Position numbers and translations under genes: made by a program. Source: Myxococcota bacterium (lineage in GTDB: Bacteria > Myxococcota_A > UBA9160 > SMWR01). Taken from it: a stretch of DNA of 64,000 nt. Below, one piece after another: positions 18,389 to 27,551 of this stretch (positions within the stretch are counted from its first letter, which is position 1; each line of letters starts with the position of its first letter). Location of the stretch: contig JAYZFQ010000014.1 of assembly GCA_036336695.1 (NCBI GenBank), positions 3,585 to 67,584 on the forward strand. The letters run 5' to 3'. The notes below the pieces were generated by a model. The model saw only the letters and a list, made by a program, of their open reading frames with translations. It was not told the origin of the DNA and ran no database searches.

Positions 18389-19397
18389 CCGACTCGCCGG
18401 AGACCTCGAGCACAGCGGCTCCGCGCACGTCGCCACGCTTCAGGTCTGCAAGCGCGGTGTTCGCGGCCTCGAGCGGGTAGACCGTCGTGTGCGACCGCAG
18501 GGGAATCTCGGCGGCGAGGGCGAGCAACTCCCGCCCGTCGTCGCGCGTGTTGGCCGTGACGCTGCAGAGCGAGCGCTCCTGGAACAGGTGCGCCTCGTAA
18601 TCCAGGGCCGGTACGCCCGACAGGTGAATGCCCGCAATCGCGAGGCACCCGCCCCGGTCGAGGGCAGCCAGCGCCGACGGCACCAGCTCGCCCGCCGGCG
18701 CGAAGAGTATCGCTCCGTCCAGGGGGTGCGGGGGGGATTCGAAACCGTCTCCGACCCAGGCGGCACCCAACTCCTCTGCGAGTTCACGGTGGGCACCACC
18801 TCGGGTAAACACGTAGACCTCGCAGCCGAAATGCAGCGCCACCTGCAGGGTGATGTGCGCCGACCCGCCGAAGCCCCACAGCCCGACCCGTCCACCCCGA
18901 GACACGCGGATCGCCTTCCACGCGCGGAAACCGATGATCCCGGCGCAGAGCAGGGGCGCAACCGCGCGTGGCTCGGCGCCCTCAGGCAGGGCATACGCGA
19001 AATCCTCGTCGATCACGGCGTGCTCCGCGTACCCGCCGTCCGCGTCCCAGCCCGTGAACTCGGGGGTGAGACAGAGATTTTCGTCACCGCGGAAGCAGAA
19101 CCGGCACCTCCCGCAGGAACGCCGCAGCCAGGCGATCCCCACCCGATCCCCCAACTGGAAACGCCGTGCGGCGTCGCCCCGCGCTTCGACCCGGCCGACC
19201 ACCTGGTGCCCGGGGATAATCCCCGCGCGACGCGCCGGAAGGTCTCCCTCCACCACGTGCAGGTCGGTCCGGCAGACCCCGCAGACTTCGACCTCGACGC
19301 GGATCTCGCCAGGACCCGGAACCGGAGGTGCACACTCGACGAACTGCAGCGGCTGCGCCTCCACGGGCGCCGCCCGCGAGAGTTGCATCGCGCGCAT
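18348..19397 (-). CDS. Zinc-dependent alcohol dehydrogenase family oxidoreductase
   Basis: CGVCRTDLH, GHQVVGRV, the structural-zinc motif CGRCRFCFRGDENLC and GFGGSAH. ATG 19397. The 3' end overlaps the convergent carboxyltransferase gene by 41 nt. Confidence 0.9.
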   Translation of the reverse strand: MRAMQLSRAAPVEAQPLQFVECAPPVPGPGEIRVEVEVCGVCRTDLHVVEGDLPARRAGIIPGHQVVGRVEARGDAARRFQLGDRVGIAWLRRSCGRCRFCFRGDENLCLTPEFTGWDADGGYAEHAVIDEDFAYALPEGAEPRAVAPLLCAGIIGFRAWKAIRVSRGGRVGLWGFGGSAHITLQVALHFGCEVYVFTRGGAHRELAEELGAAWVGDGFESPPHPLDGAILFAPAGELVPSALAALDRGGCLAIAGIHLSGVPALDYEAHLFQERSLCSVTANTRDDGRELLALAAEIPLRSHTTVYPLEAANTALADLKRGDVRGAAVLEVSGESARGAGRETWAPIP

Positions 19398-19399
19398 GT

Positions 19400-19873
19400 T
19401 CAGACGACGCCGGCGCGCTGGTACATGCCCCAGAGAACGAGAACCGCCGTCGAGAACCCGGCGACCGCGGCACAGACCGCGATCCAGCCGACGACACGAT
19501 GCCCGCGCGCCCGTTCCGGCGCAGCCGGCGGATCGGACGGATCTCCCGTGACATTGCGCGTCGCGGCGATGGCGAGACCCCGCCGCGTCGCAACGATTCC
19601 GGCAATCAGCATGGTCAAAACGAAGGCTTCGTGGATGCGCAGCACCCACACTGCCCCGCTGCTCCAGGAGGCCATGTCCTCTCGCCCCAGGAACAACAGC
19701 TTTCCCGCGTAGGAAAGCAGGAACAGCACGACCAGCACGCCCCCGGTCAACATCAACCGGCGGTGCAGCCCGATCTCGTTGCGGCGCCGCATGCGGACGC
19801 CCGCCACGGCAAGCGACACCACCAGGCTCATGTTCACAAGCGCTGCGGTCCAGTAGACGAGCTTGGGATCCAT
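19400..19873 (-). CDS. DUF420-type integral membrane protein
   Basis: Four predicted TM helices and GLHRRLMLTG. The stop lies 2 nt before the ADH start. The start is ATG 19873 or GTG 19891. Confidence 0.6.
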   Translation of the reverse strand: MDPKLVYWTAALVNMSLVVSLAVAGVRMRRRNEIGLHRRLMLTGGVLVVLFLLSYAGKLLFLGREDMASWSSGAVWVLRIHEAFVLTMLIAGIVATRRGLAIAATRNVTGDPSDPPAAPERARGHRVVGWIAVCAAVAGFSTAVLVLWGMYQRAGVV

Positions 19874-19957
19874 CGCGTTAGTCTTCCACACGTTCGGAAA
19901 AACGGAACCACCACCGGATCGGCCCCGCCGAGGCCGCGTCGCGGCGTTCCCCTTGCC

Positions 19958-20578
19958 TCACCGGGGCTTCCCGGCATGGGCCGCGAGGGCCGCAGCCAGT
20001 TCGTCACTGTCCGAGAGAACCGTCGCCAGCTCCCCGAGGCAGCCCGCGAGCACCGACTCGACGGTCGTCGTCCCCGGGCGCCAGAGCACGCGTTGACTCC
20101 GCTCCGAACGGCCGCGCATCTCGTCCCAGTCTGGGCCGCCGGGACGCCCCGTGACGCGAAGCGAAAGGCCCACACGCGCCGCGACGACCCAGGCGCCGCC
20201 ATCCCGGGGCGCATCCAGTCGGAACTCCAGCAGACGGGGCGCCAGGTGAGCCTGGGCGTTCTCGCGAACCACCCGGAGCCCCGCGCTCGTCAACGTCGCC
20301 TCGAGCATCCGGCGAAGTGCGCGACCCGGGGGTTCCGTCAGGTAGATGGGGCCACCCGGCTGGAACGGCGCCGCTCCCCGCTCTCCGATCGGGGCATCGG
20401 AATCGGGCACTCCCTGCATGGGTCCGATCGAAACGGCGAGGGGGGCAAGTTCCGCGAGCGGCGAAGGACGGGAAGCGGGTCCCGCTTCCGGCGCTCGCAC
20501 CACGAGTTCGGAGGCGCAGCCGACCTGCACCACCAGGAGGAAACCGAGCATGCAACGCAAGGCGGCGGGACGGTTCAC
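19958..20578 (-). CDS. Lipoprotein of unknown function
   Basis: Signal peptide with lipobox LVVQVG-C. Its start lies 6 nt after the stop of the upstream gene. Confidence 0.65.
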   Translation of the reverse strand: MNRPAALRCMLGFLLVVQVGCASELVVRAPEAGPASRPSPLAELAPLAVSIGPMQGVPDSDAPIGERGAAPFQPGGPIYLTEPPGRALRRMLEATLTSAGLRVVRENAQAHLAPRLLEFRLDAPRDGGAWVVAARVGLSLRVTGRPGGPDWDEMRGRSERSQRVLWRPGTTTVESVLAGCLGELATVLSDSDELAAALAAHAGKPR

Positions 20579-20584
20579 GACGAG

Positions 20585-21241
20585 CTAGCGCACCACCTCG
20601 ACGTCCACGACGCCGAACTCCACGCGCAAGCGTTCGAAGAACGCGTGCACGTCCCCGTGCAACTCGTTGATCCGCGTCGCACGCGCCACCCGCGGTGTCG
20701 GCACCGCCTTCCCGAGGGCGCGCGCGAGGGGACCCGTCGGGGCGAACAAGCGCTTGGCGTCGAGTTCATTCCATGCCCGGGTATCTCCCTCCTCGGGCAG
20801 GTGATCGCGCAGCGCGAGTTCCACCCGCGTATCGGAAGTGGGGAGGCGCAGCGCGCGACGGATGGCATCGGGCACGAGGAGATAGCTCTCGATGTGCCGG
20901 CGGCCCCAGGTAAAGAACTCCAGGCCCGGTTCGTCTACCTCGGCCCCGGGAAGACCTTCGCCGTCGTCCCGGTCCAGTACGCAAAGCCCGCTGCACCCGC
21001 CCGAGGCACCACCCAGGGAGCGGAAGTGTTCAACCGCCCGGGCCGGACGCTTGCCGCCGAGAATGACCGAGGAACGCGAGAGCGCGTTGGCGTGAGCCGG
21101 GAGGATGCGCCGGCACCAACCGTTCAGGATCCCCCGGTCACCAGCGCCCTCCAGATACAAGACGAATCCACCGCGCCGGCGCGCCGGTCTCGCGGACCGA
21201 ACCGCATCTCCACCGTGCATCGTTTCTCCGAACCCGGTCAA
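20585..21241 (-). CDS. Hypothetical protein with a Toprim/DUF4435-like motif order
   Basis: FVLYLEGAGDRGIL (EGxxD), VILGGKRPA, LCVLDRDDGE (DxD) and WGRRHIESYLLVP, in the order seen in OLD/DUF4435 Toprim domains. TTG start. The assignment rests on motifs only. Confidence 0.4.
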   Translation of the reverse strand: MTGFGETMHGGDAVRSARPARRRGGFVLYLEGAGDRGILNGWCRRILPAHANALSRSSVILGGKRPARAVEHFRSLGGASGGCSGLCVLDRDDGEGLPGAEVDEPGLEFFTWGRRHIESYLLVPDAIRRALRLPTSDTRVELALRDHLPEEGDTRAWNELDAKRLFAPTGPLARALGKAVPTPRVARATRINELHGDVHAFFERLRVEFGVVDVEVVR

Positions 21242-21259
21242 ATTAGCCCAGCCGCCGTT

Positions 21260-21676
21260 CTACGCTCCAGGCGCCCCGGTGGAAACCGGCACGAGTTGCA
21301 CGGGAACCGTCCGCTCGGGATCGCGGAACCAGGAATAGGCCCGCTCCAACCGCCCGTACCGCGCCTGCATCGCGCGGTTGACGGCCCTTCGCACCACCGG
21401 GTCCTCGCTCGAAACGGTGCGGACACTGACGAGACCTTCGTCACGCACCAGGTGGGCCGTGGGGTTGTCGCGAACTCGCTGGAGCCAGCTCGCGTCCGCG
21501 CCCGGGGCGCGCACCCACGCCTCTCCCCCCAGTTCCACGATCCAGAGGTCCGTTTCGATGGCTCGGCCGTTTCGATCGAATGTGACGAGTTCCGCCACCT
21601 CGCCCTCGGGGATCCGGGCCGCAGCCACAACGACCCCCACGATGGCAACGGCGACGAGCAAGACGAGCGTTCTCAA
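21260..21676 (-). CDS. Membrane-anchored hypothetical protein (possible split-barrel, DUF385/PNPOx-like)
   Basis: TTG 21676 is preceded by GGAGG. One TM helix (LVLLVAVAIVGVVVAAA) is followed by a soluble domain of about 115 aa. The upstream part of the 201-aa ORF was rejected. Confidence 0.45.
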   Translation of the reverse strand: MRTLVLLVAVAIVGVVVAAARIPEGEVAELVTFDRNGRAIETDLWIVELGGEAWVRAPGADASWLQRVRDNPTAHLVRDEGLVSVRTVSSEDPVVRRAVNRAMQARYGRLERAYSWFRDPERTVPVQLVPVSTGAPGA

Positions 21677-21796
21677 GGGACCTCCGAATCGGCATCCTAT
21701 CCTTGCATGGGCTGTGGCCCAGGGCCATGGCTTTCCGCGTCGAACGCCGGCGCCCCGCACGATTCCCGGCCCCTTCGGGGTTCGCGCCTGCCGATA

Positions 21797-22549
21797 GTGG
21801 TAGATTGCACAATCTTGCGCGCCTGGATCGCCGGAATCCTGCTCCTTTCCGCCCCCGGAGCCCACGGGGCAGAACTCGTCGCCGCGGCGGCGGTCAGCCT
21901 GCGCGAACCCCTCAGCGCGATCGCCCGAGAATTCGAAGCCGAGAATCCGGGCACCACCGTATTCCTCACCTTCGGCGCATCGAGCACGTTGGCCGCCCAG
22001 GCCCGGGCGGGAGCCCCGCTGGACGTGTTCCTCTCCGCGGACCCCTCCCTCGTGGAGCGCCTCGAGACCGAGGGGCTGGCCGCCCCGGCATCCACCCGCG
22101 ATTTCGCCCGCAACCGTCTGGTCGTCGTCGCCGCGCCGGAACTCGAGACGCCGCTCGAAGAGCCCACCGACCTGCTTTCCCCCGGTATCCGCCGCATCGC
22201 GATGCCCGCGGCGGCCGTTCCCGTCGGGCGCTACGCGCGCGAGTGGCTCGCCGAGCGCGAGCTACTCGCAGCGATCGAGGAGCGCGTCGTCCAGACCGAG
22301 CACGCCCGAGCGACACTGGCCGCCGTGTCGGCGGGCAATGCCGACGCCGCAGTGGTCTACGCAACGGACGCGCGAACCACCCGAGGAGCCAAGGTCGCCT
22401 TCCCCGTTCCGCGTTCCGAGCAACCGCCCATCGTCTACACAGCGACGCAACTGACCCAGGCCGACCCGGCGGCGAATGCTTTCCTCGACTTCCTCTCCGG
22501 AGACCGCGCACGCCGCCACCTGGAAGCCGCCGGATTCGAAGCGCCGTGA
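21797..22549 (+). CDS. modA: Molybdate (or tungstate) ABC transporter substrate-binding protein
   Basis: Signal peptide ending LLSAPGAHG-AE. FGASSTLAAQ, VFLSAD and VVYATDA. The start is GTG 21797, TTG 21815 or ATG 21707. This is only the 3' end of a 1073-aa shadow ORF. Confidence 0.85.
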   Translation: MVDCTILRAWIAGILLLSAPGAHGAELVAAAAVSLREPLSAIAREFEAENPGTTVFLTFGASSTLAAQARAGAPLDVFLSADPSLVERLETEGLAAPASTRDFARNRLVVVAAPELETPLEEPTDLLSPGIRRIAMPAAAVPVGRYAREWLAERELLAAIEERVVQTEHARATLAAVSAGNADAAVVYATDARTTRGAKVAFPVPRSEQPPIVYTATQLTQADPAANAFLDFLSGDRARRHLEAAGFEAP

Positions 22550-23214
22550 ACGACGCAGACGTCTTCGGAATCGCCGGACTTACCTTGTGGATCGGCGCAA
22601 TCGCGACGGTTGCGGTGGTCCCGATCGCTGTCGCGGTCGCCTGGTCTCTCGTGCGACACGACTTTCCGGGCAAGTCGCTCGTGCGGGCGCTCGTCACCTT
22701 GCCCATGGTGCTCCCGCCGGTGGCCGTCGGTCTCGGGCTGCTTTGGCTGCTCGGTCGACGCGGCCCCTTCTCCGCCCTCTGGGAGGCAACCGGAATCGAC
22801 CTCGTCTTCACCGCCGGCGCGGCGGCCGTGGCAGCGGCGGTGGTGGGATTCCCGCTTGCCACGCGCGCCTGCGAACAAGCCTTTGCTTCGGTCGACGTGC
22901 GTTATGAACAGGTCGCCCGGTCTCTGGGACTCTCTCCTTCGGCAACCTTCTTCCGGGTGACCTTGCCCCTGGCCAAACGGGGGGTTCTCTACGGCGCCCT
23001 GCTCTGTTTCACGCGCGCGATCGGCGAGTTCGGTGCAACCGCCGTCGTCGCTGGCATCATTCCGGGACGGACGGAAACCCTGGCCCTCGGAATCTGGTCC
23101 CGTGTACAGCTCGGCGAGAACTCGGCGGCGGCCGTGCTCGGGGCCGTATCCTTCGCGCTCGGTCTCGCCGCCATGTGGGCCGGAGAGCGCTGGCTGCGGA
23201 GCGATCCCCCGTGA
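22546..23214 (+). CDS. modB: Molybdate ABC transporter permease
   Basis: GTGA start/stop overlap with modA. Five or six TM helices and the EAA-type loop ARSLGLSPSATFFRVTLPLA. Confidence 0.85.
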   Translation: MNDADVFGIAGLTLWIGAIATVAVVPIAVAVAWSLVRHDFPGKSLVRALVTLPMVLPPVAVGLGLLWLLGRRGPFSALWEATGIDLVFTAGAAAVAAAVVGFPLATRACEQAFASVDVRYEQVARSLGLSPSATFFRVTLPLAKRGVLYGALLCFTRAIGEFGATAVVAGIIPGRTETLALGIWSRVQLGENSAAAVLGAVSFALGLAAMWAGERWLRSDPP

Positions 23215-24272
23215 GCGACGCTCCCCACCTCGTTTCCGTGAACCTCCAGCGGGGACGCTTCGAACTCGACGCCACCCTTGCGTGGCCGGAGCGCGTTTCG
23301 GTGTTCTTCGGACCGAGCGGCGCCGGCAAGAGCACGCTCTTCGAAGTCATCCTGGGCCTGCACACCGCCCGGCGTGCCCGGGTGAAGATTGGCGGCACGT
23401 GGCTCGAAGACTCCGACACCGACCGGCGTCTCCCGACCTGGCGGCGCAGCCTCGGGTGGGTTCCCCAGGAGCCGACGCTGTTTCCCCATCTCGATGTCGA
23501 AGCGAACCTGCGCTTCGCGCGTCCCGACGCCCCGGCCATCGACCAAGCGATCGAAGTGCTCGAACTCGGAGCATTCCTGCGACGCGACGTGCGCGACCTG
23601 TCCGGCGGCGAGCGCCAGCGGGTCGCCATCGGCCGGGCGCTCGGTGCGCGTCCCCGGGCGCTGTTGCTCGACGAACCCCTCGCCTCGCTGGACGTCACCC
23701 GCCGCGCCAACGTGCTTCGCGACCTGATCCGGGTGCGGGATGCCCTCGAAATCCCCATGCTCGTCATCACCCACGATCCGGACGAGGCGATGGTCCTCGG
23801 CGAACGCGTTGCGGTGCTCGAAGCCGGCCGCATCGTGGCAAGCGGGCCGCCGGCCGAGGTGTTGTGGAGCCAGGCGGTGCTTCCGCTCTCCGAGACCCTC
23901 GGACTCGAGAACGTGCTGCGTGGGCGCGCCGCGCCAGGTGCGGCGCACTGCCTCGTCACCACCGGCGGGGTGCGGCTCGCACTTCCCTTTCCCAGCAGTG
24001 CCGGCGAGGCGATGAGCCTGGGAATCCGCGCCGAAGACATCCTCCTGTCGGTCGACCCGCCGGGCCGGGTCTCGGCGCGCAACGTGCTCCCCGCCCGGGT
24101 GATCCGGTGCGAGCCCGACGGGGACGACGCATTCGTCCATCTCGCGCTCGAGCCGGGGGACGAGCGGCTCGTCGCCAAGATCACGACCGCCGCGGTCCAC
24201 AAGCTCGAGCTCCAGTCAGGACTCCGGGTCTACGCGCTCATCAAGGCCCAGGCCGTGCGGCGCCTGGCCTAG
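23211..24272 (+). CDS. modC: Molybdate ABC transporter ATP-binding protein with a C-terminal TOBE/Mop domain
   Basis: GPSGAGKST (Walker A), LSGGERQRV, LLLDEP and ITHD. GTGA overlap with modB. Confidence 0.9.
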   Translation: MSDAPHLVSVNLQRGRFELDATLAWPERVSVFFGPSGAGKSTLFEVILGLHTARRARVKIGGTWLEDSDTDRRLPTWRRSLGWVPQEPTLFPHLDVEANLRFARPDAPAIDQAIEVLELGAFLRRDVRDLSGGERQRVAIGRALGARPRALLLDEPLASLDVTRRANVLRDLIRVRDALEIPMLVITHDPDEAMVLGERVAVLEAGRIVASGPPAEVLWSQAVLPLSETLGLENVLRGRAAPGAAHCLVTTGGVRLALPFPSSAGEAMSLGIRAEDILLSVDPPGRVSARNVLPARVIRCEPDGDDAFVHLALEPGDERLVAKITTAAVHKLELQSGLRVYALIKAQAVRRLA

Positions 24273-24285
24273 CCCATCAGGTCTC

Positions 24286-25614
24286 TCAGCGGAAGCGTCC
24301 GGCGCGCGCTTCGCGCCGCGCGCACCAGGGGCAGAAGCGGAAGTAGCCGTGGTGTGTACCCCAGCGGCACTTCGGGCACCGGTCGGGGAGACCCGGACGC
24401 GTCCAGGGACGGCGCGGCTTCCACTTGCAGAGGGGGCAGTAGCTCATGAAGGGGCGCAGCTGCCCTTCGCAGCCCCGGCGGCCACAGCGACGCTCTGCAT
24501 GGCGGTCTCGGGGCGGGCGCCGGCCGTTGGCCTGAAAACGTCCCGCATAACACCAGGGGCAGTAACTCCACTCGGGCCGGACCCCTTTTTCACACTCCGG
24601 ACACACGAGCGGCGCGCGAGAGATCTCGCGAAAGGAATTGTCCTTCGATCCGCACCAGGGGCAGCAGCGCATCGCCTCGCTGATGGGTCCATCGCACCGG
24701 CGACAAGAGAACCGGAGCGCCAGGTCCTTGCCGTGAATCCGGCGAAATGCGGCGGCTTGCACCGCCAGGGACGAGGGCACCGCGGTCCGACTGAGCGACC
24801 GGCGCCGCGCGCGCGGTCTGGCCGGCGGGCGCTTCGCCCGCTCGAGGGCGCGCTCGAACGCCCTGTAGAAGGCGGGCGCGTCGGGATAGCGCCGGCGAGG
24901 ATCGAACTGGGCCGCCTTTCTCAATACCGGACGAACGGGGGCAGGCACCTTCTCTTCGAAGCGTTCGTGGCCGGGGAACGGCCATTCGAAGGGCCACGTC
25001 GGAAGCTTCCCGGTCAACAGCTCGTAGGCAATGAGCCCGAGAGAGAAGACATCCGACGCGAGTCGCGCCCGACCGTAGGCCTGCTCCGGCGCCATGTAGC
25101 CCAGCGTCCCGGCGTCCGTGTAGGTTTTCGTCATCTTCGCCGCAACGCGTGACGCGCCGAAGTCGGAGAGTGCAGCGCGCCCATCTTCGAAGATCAGGAT
25201 GTTGTCGGGCTTGACGTCGCGGTGGATCACCCGACGTTCGTGGGCGTGAGCCAACCCGGCTGCAACCTGTCGCACGACTTCGAGTGCGACCTTTCCCGAG
25301 CGCTTCGCGCCCGCGTAGCGGGTCAGCTGGGTCCGCGCGAGCTCGATCGCCATCACGAAGCGGCCGTCGATCCAATCTGCGTTGCGCACCGAGACGATTC
25401 CGGGGTGGTCGAGACGGCTCGCGATCCGGGCCTCTCGTTCGACGACCTTGCGGCCCCATTCCTCGACGGCGTCGGGGAAGGTGACCTTCAACGCGACTCC
25501 GGCATCCTCGACGGTGTCTCGGGCCTTCCAGACTTCGGCGTAGCCCCCCCGGCCGATTCGCCGGTCGAGCCGGTACTTTCCGAGCCGAGAGCCTCTCCGC
25601 AGAACCACCGCCAT
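24286..25614 (-). CDS. Hanks-type Ser/Thr protein kinase with four C-terminal zinc-ribbon repeats
   Basis: IGRGGYAEV, VALKV, HRDVKPDNIL, DFG and MAPE. These are followed by four CxxC-x(8-14)-CP(W/L)C units: CRRC..CCPWC, CPEC..YCPWC, CGRRGC..YCPLC and CPKC..FCPWC. Confidence 0.9.
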   Translation of the reverse strand: MAVVLRRGSRLGKYRLDRRIGRGGYAEVWKARDTVEDAGVALKVTFPDAVEEWGRKVVEREARIASRLDHPGIVSVRNADWIDGRFVMAIELARTQLTRYAGAKRSGKVALEVVRQVAAGLAHAHERRVIHRDVKPDNILIFEDGRAALSDFGASRVAAKMTKTYTDAGTLGYMAPEQAYGRARLASDVFSLGLIAYELLTGKLPTWPFEWPFPGHERFEEKVPAPVRPVLRKAAQFDPRRRYPDAPAFYRAFERALERAKRPPARPRARRRSLSRTAVPSSLAVQAAAFRRIHGKDLALRFSCRRCDGPISEAMRCCPWCGSKDNSFREISRAPLVCPECEKGVRPEWSYCPWCYAGRFQANGRRPPRDRHAERRCGRRGCEGQLRPFMSYCPLCKWKPRRPWTRPGLPDRCPKCRWGTHHGYFRFCPWCARREARAGRFR

Positions 25615-25658
25615 TGCGCCCCACCATACCCCGAATCGGGGCGGCGGAAGCGAGCCTC

Positions 25659-27551
25659 TCAGCCGTCCGACGAAAAACCGCGCGCCTCGAGGTGATGCCG
25701 GACCGCCGTCCCGTTCGCGAGTACCCGCCGCAGGGCGAGAACCCCGGGAGTGTCCCAGCGGCCGACGGGGACGGCAAAGTCGTAACGCTCGGCGCGCAGG
25801 GGACGGAAGTGGAGCCCCTTTTCCTTCGCGACCGTCTCGATCGTCACGCCCCAGTCCGCCCGACCCTGGGCCACCGCGGCCGCCACGGCGAAGTGGGAAC
25901 GCGGCTCGTAGGCATAGCCGGGCGGACGGCGGTCCCCGAGGAGCTGGTCGACCAGGATCCTCGTGCCGCTGCCCCGGTTGCGGTTCACCATGCGGAGCGC
26001 CGGGTCGTCGAGCAGGGCGGGGGTTTCCCGCATCTCGTCGGGGCGGGTCGCGACGCCCTGGACCCGCGCATAACCGGGCAGGAGCCTCAGGGAGTCATCG
26101 AGAAAGGTCTCGTTGTAGCGGTCTGTGGCGGGGTCCAACAGGTGCAATGGGGCGGCGTCGCATTCGCCCCGACGGGCAGCCGCCAGTCCGCCCTGGCTCC
26201 CGACCGACAGGATCTTGACCCGCAAGCCTTCGGCGGCGAGCGCTCCGGCGATGACGTCGAGGCCCACGCAATGACTGCCCACGACCACCAGGTCCGCGGG
26301 CTCGAGGTTCCGACCCACCAGGGTCACTTCGACCGGGGTGTCGGGATCCACGAGTTCCGTGTTTCGGTCGACCCGGACGAAGCCGTCGGCCCGGCTGAAG
26401 GCCGTGACGCTGCCGCTGCCCTTGCCCATCGGCCACGCAGAAAGTGCGCCCGAGGTGTCTCGGACGAGACCCACCAGGAGATACTCGAGCCGGCCACGTT
26501 CCGAAACGATCTTCTGCGCCAGCCTGGCGTCGACACGCTGGCGCGCATGGCGCGGAGCGCCCCCCATTTCGCGGAGCACGGGCGCCACGAACTCGTGGAA
26601 AGTAAACACCGCCGAAGTCGGAAACCCCGGCAGAATCACCACGGGCTGGCGCCCGCGGGCCGCCAGGCAGATCGGCTTGCCCGGCTTGAGTGCGACACCG
26701 TGGACGACGATTCCGGGTTCGAGCGCCGCAACCACGCGGGCATTCAGATCGCCCTCGCCCTTCGACGTGCCCCCCGACAACAGCACCAGGTCTGCCGTCG
26801 CCAGGGCCGCTTCCAACGCCGCGCGCAGCTCGGTCTCGTCGTCGCGGAAGGCCCCCATGAACCGCGGCTCGCCGCCCAGTTCGACGACCGCATCGGCCAG
26901 GATGCGGCCGTTGCTGTCGAACACCAGACCCGGGCGCATCGTTTCGCCCGGCTGGGCGATTTCGTCTCCGGTCGAGAGAATGGCGACCACCGGCCGCCGA
27001 AACACATCCACGCGCTCTCGCCCGATCGCAGCAAGCACACCCGTCTCGCGGGACGTGAGCCGGGTCCCGGCAAAAAGCACGGTCTCGCCACTGCCGATAT
27101 CCGTGCCGGCGAACGAAAGCGCGGCGCCCGGCACTCGGGCGCGGCGAACGATCACCTCCCCCGCATCGAGTTCGGTGAACTCCACTGGAACCACGCAATC
27201 AGCGCCGCGCGGCAGCATCCCGCCCGTGGCGATCGGCGTCGCGGTGCCCGCGAGCACCTCGATCGCCGGCGCCACACCCGTGGGAATCGACTCGGCGTTG
27301 AGCTTGAGCCGAACGGGCGTCTCCTCTTCGGCGCCGAAGGTGTCCACCGCACGAACCGCGAAGCCGTCCATATTCGAGCGATCGAAACCGGGCACATCGA
27401 CGTCCGCACGCACATCGGCCGCGAGCACACGCCCGAGCGCGGCATCGACGGTCACGGTCTCTGTGCGACAGGGACCTGCATCGATGACGGCGCGCCAGCG
27501 TTCCTCGGCTTCGTCCCGATCGAGAATCTCCAGGAACTGCTGCTGTTTCAC
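25659..27551 (-). CDS. moeA: MoeA (molybdopterin molybdenum/tungsten transferase) fused to a periplasmic-binding-protein-like domain
   Basis: MDGFAV, PIATGG, LLSGGTSKGEGD, KPGKP and LPGFPTS in the first 400 aa or so. The C-terminal 220 aa or so look like a PBP-like domain (VGSHCVGLD, NRNRGSGTR). GTGA overlap with the upstream moeA. Confidence 0.8.
   Translation of the reverse strand: MKQQQFLEILDRDEAEERWRAVIDAGPCRTETVTVDAALGRVLAADVRADVDVPGFDRSNMDGFAVRAVDTFGAEEETPVRLKLNAESIPTGVAPAIEVLAGTATPIATGGMLPRGADCVVPVEFTELDAGEVIVRRARVPGAALSFAGTDIGSGETVLFAGTRLTSRETGVLAAIGRERVDVFRRPVVAILSTGDEIAQPGETMRPGLVFDSNGRILADAVVELGGEPRFMGAFRDDETELRAALEAALATADLVLLSGGTSKGEGDLNARVVAALEPGIVVHGVALKPGKPICLAARGRQPVVILPGFPTSAVFTFHEFVAPVLREMGGAPRHARQRVDARLAQKIVSERGRLEYLLVGLVRDTSGALSAWPMGKGSGSVTAFSRADGFVRVDRNTELVDPDTPVEVTLVGRNLEPADLVVVGSHCVGLDVIAGALAAEGLRVKILSVGSQGGLAAARRGECDAAPLHLLDPATDRYNETFLDDSLRLLPGYARVQGVATRPDEMRETPALLDDPALRMVNRNRGSGTRILVDQLLGDRRPPGYAYEPRSHFAVAAAVAQGRADWGVTIETVAKEKGLHFRPLRAERYDFAVPVGRWDTPGVLALRRVLANGTAVRHHLEARGFSSDG

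Noticed and set aside
19328-21796. 5' 820 codons of the 1073-aa ORF that ends as modA
   Set aside because: Only the last 250 codons or so encode a recognisable ModA with a signal peptide. The upstream part is antisense to five minus-strand genes and reads as Arg/Pro/His junk.
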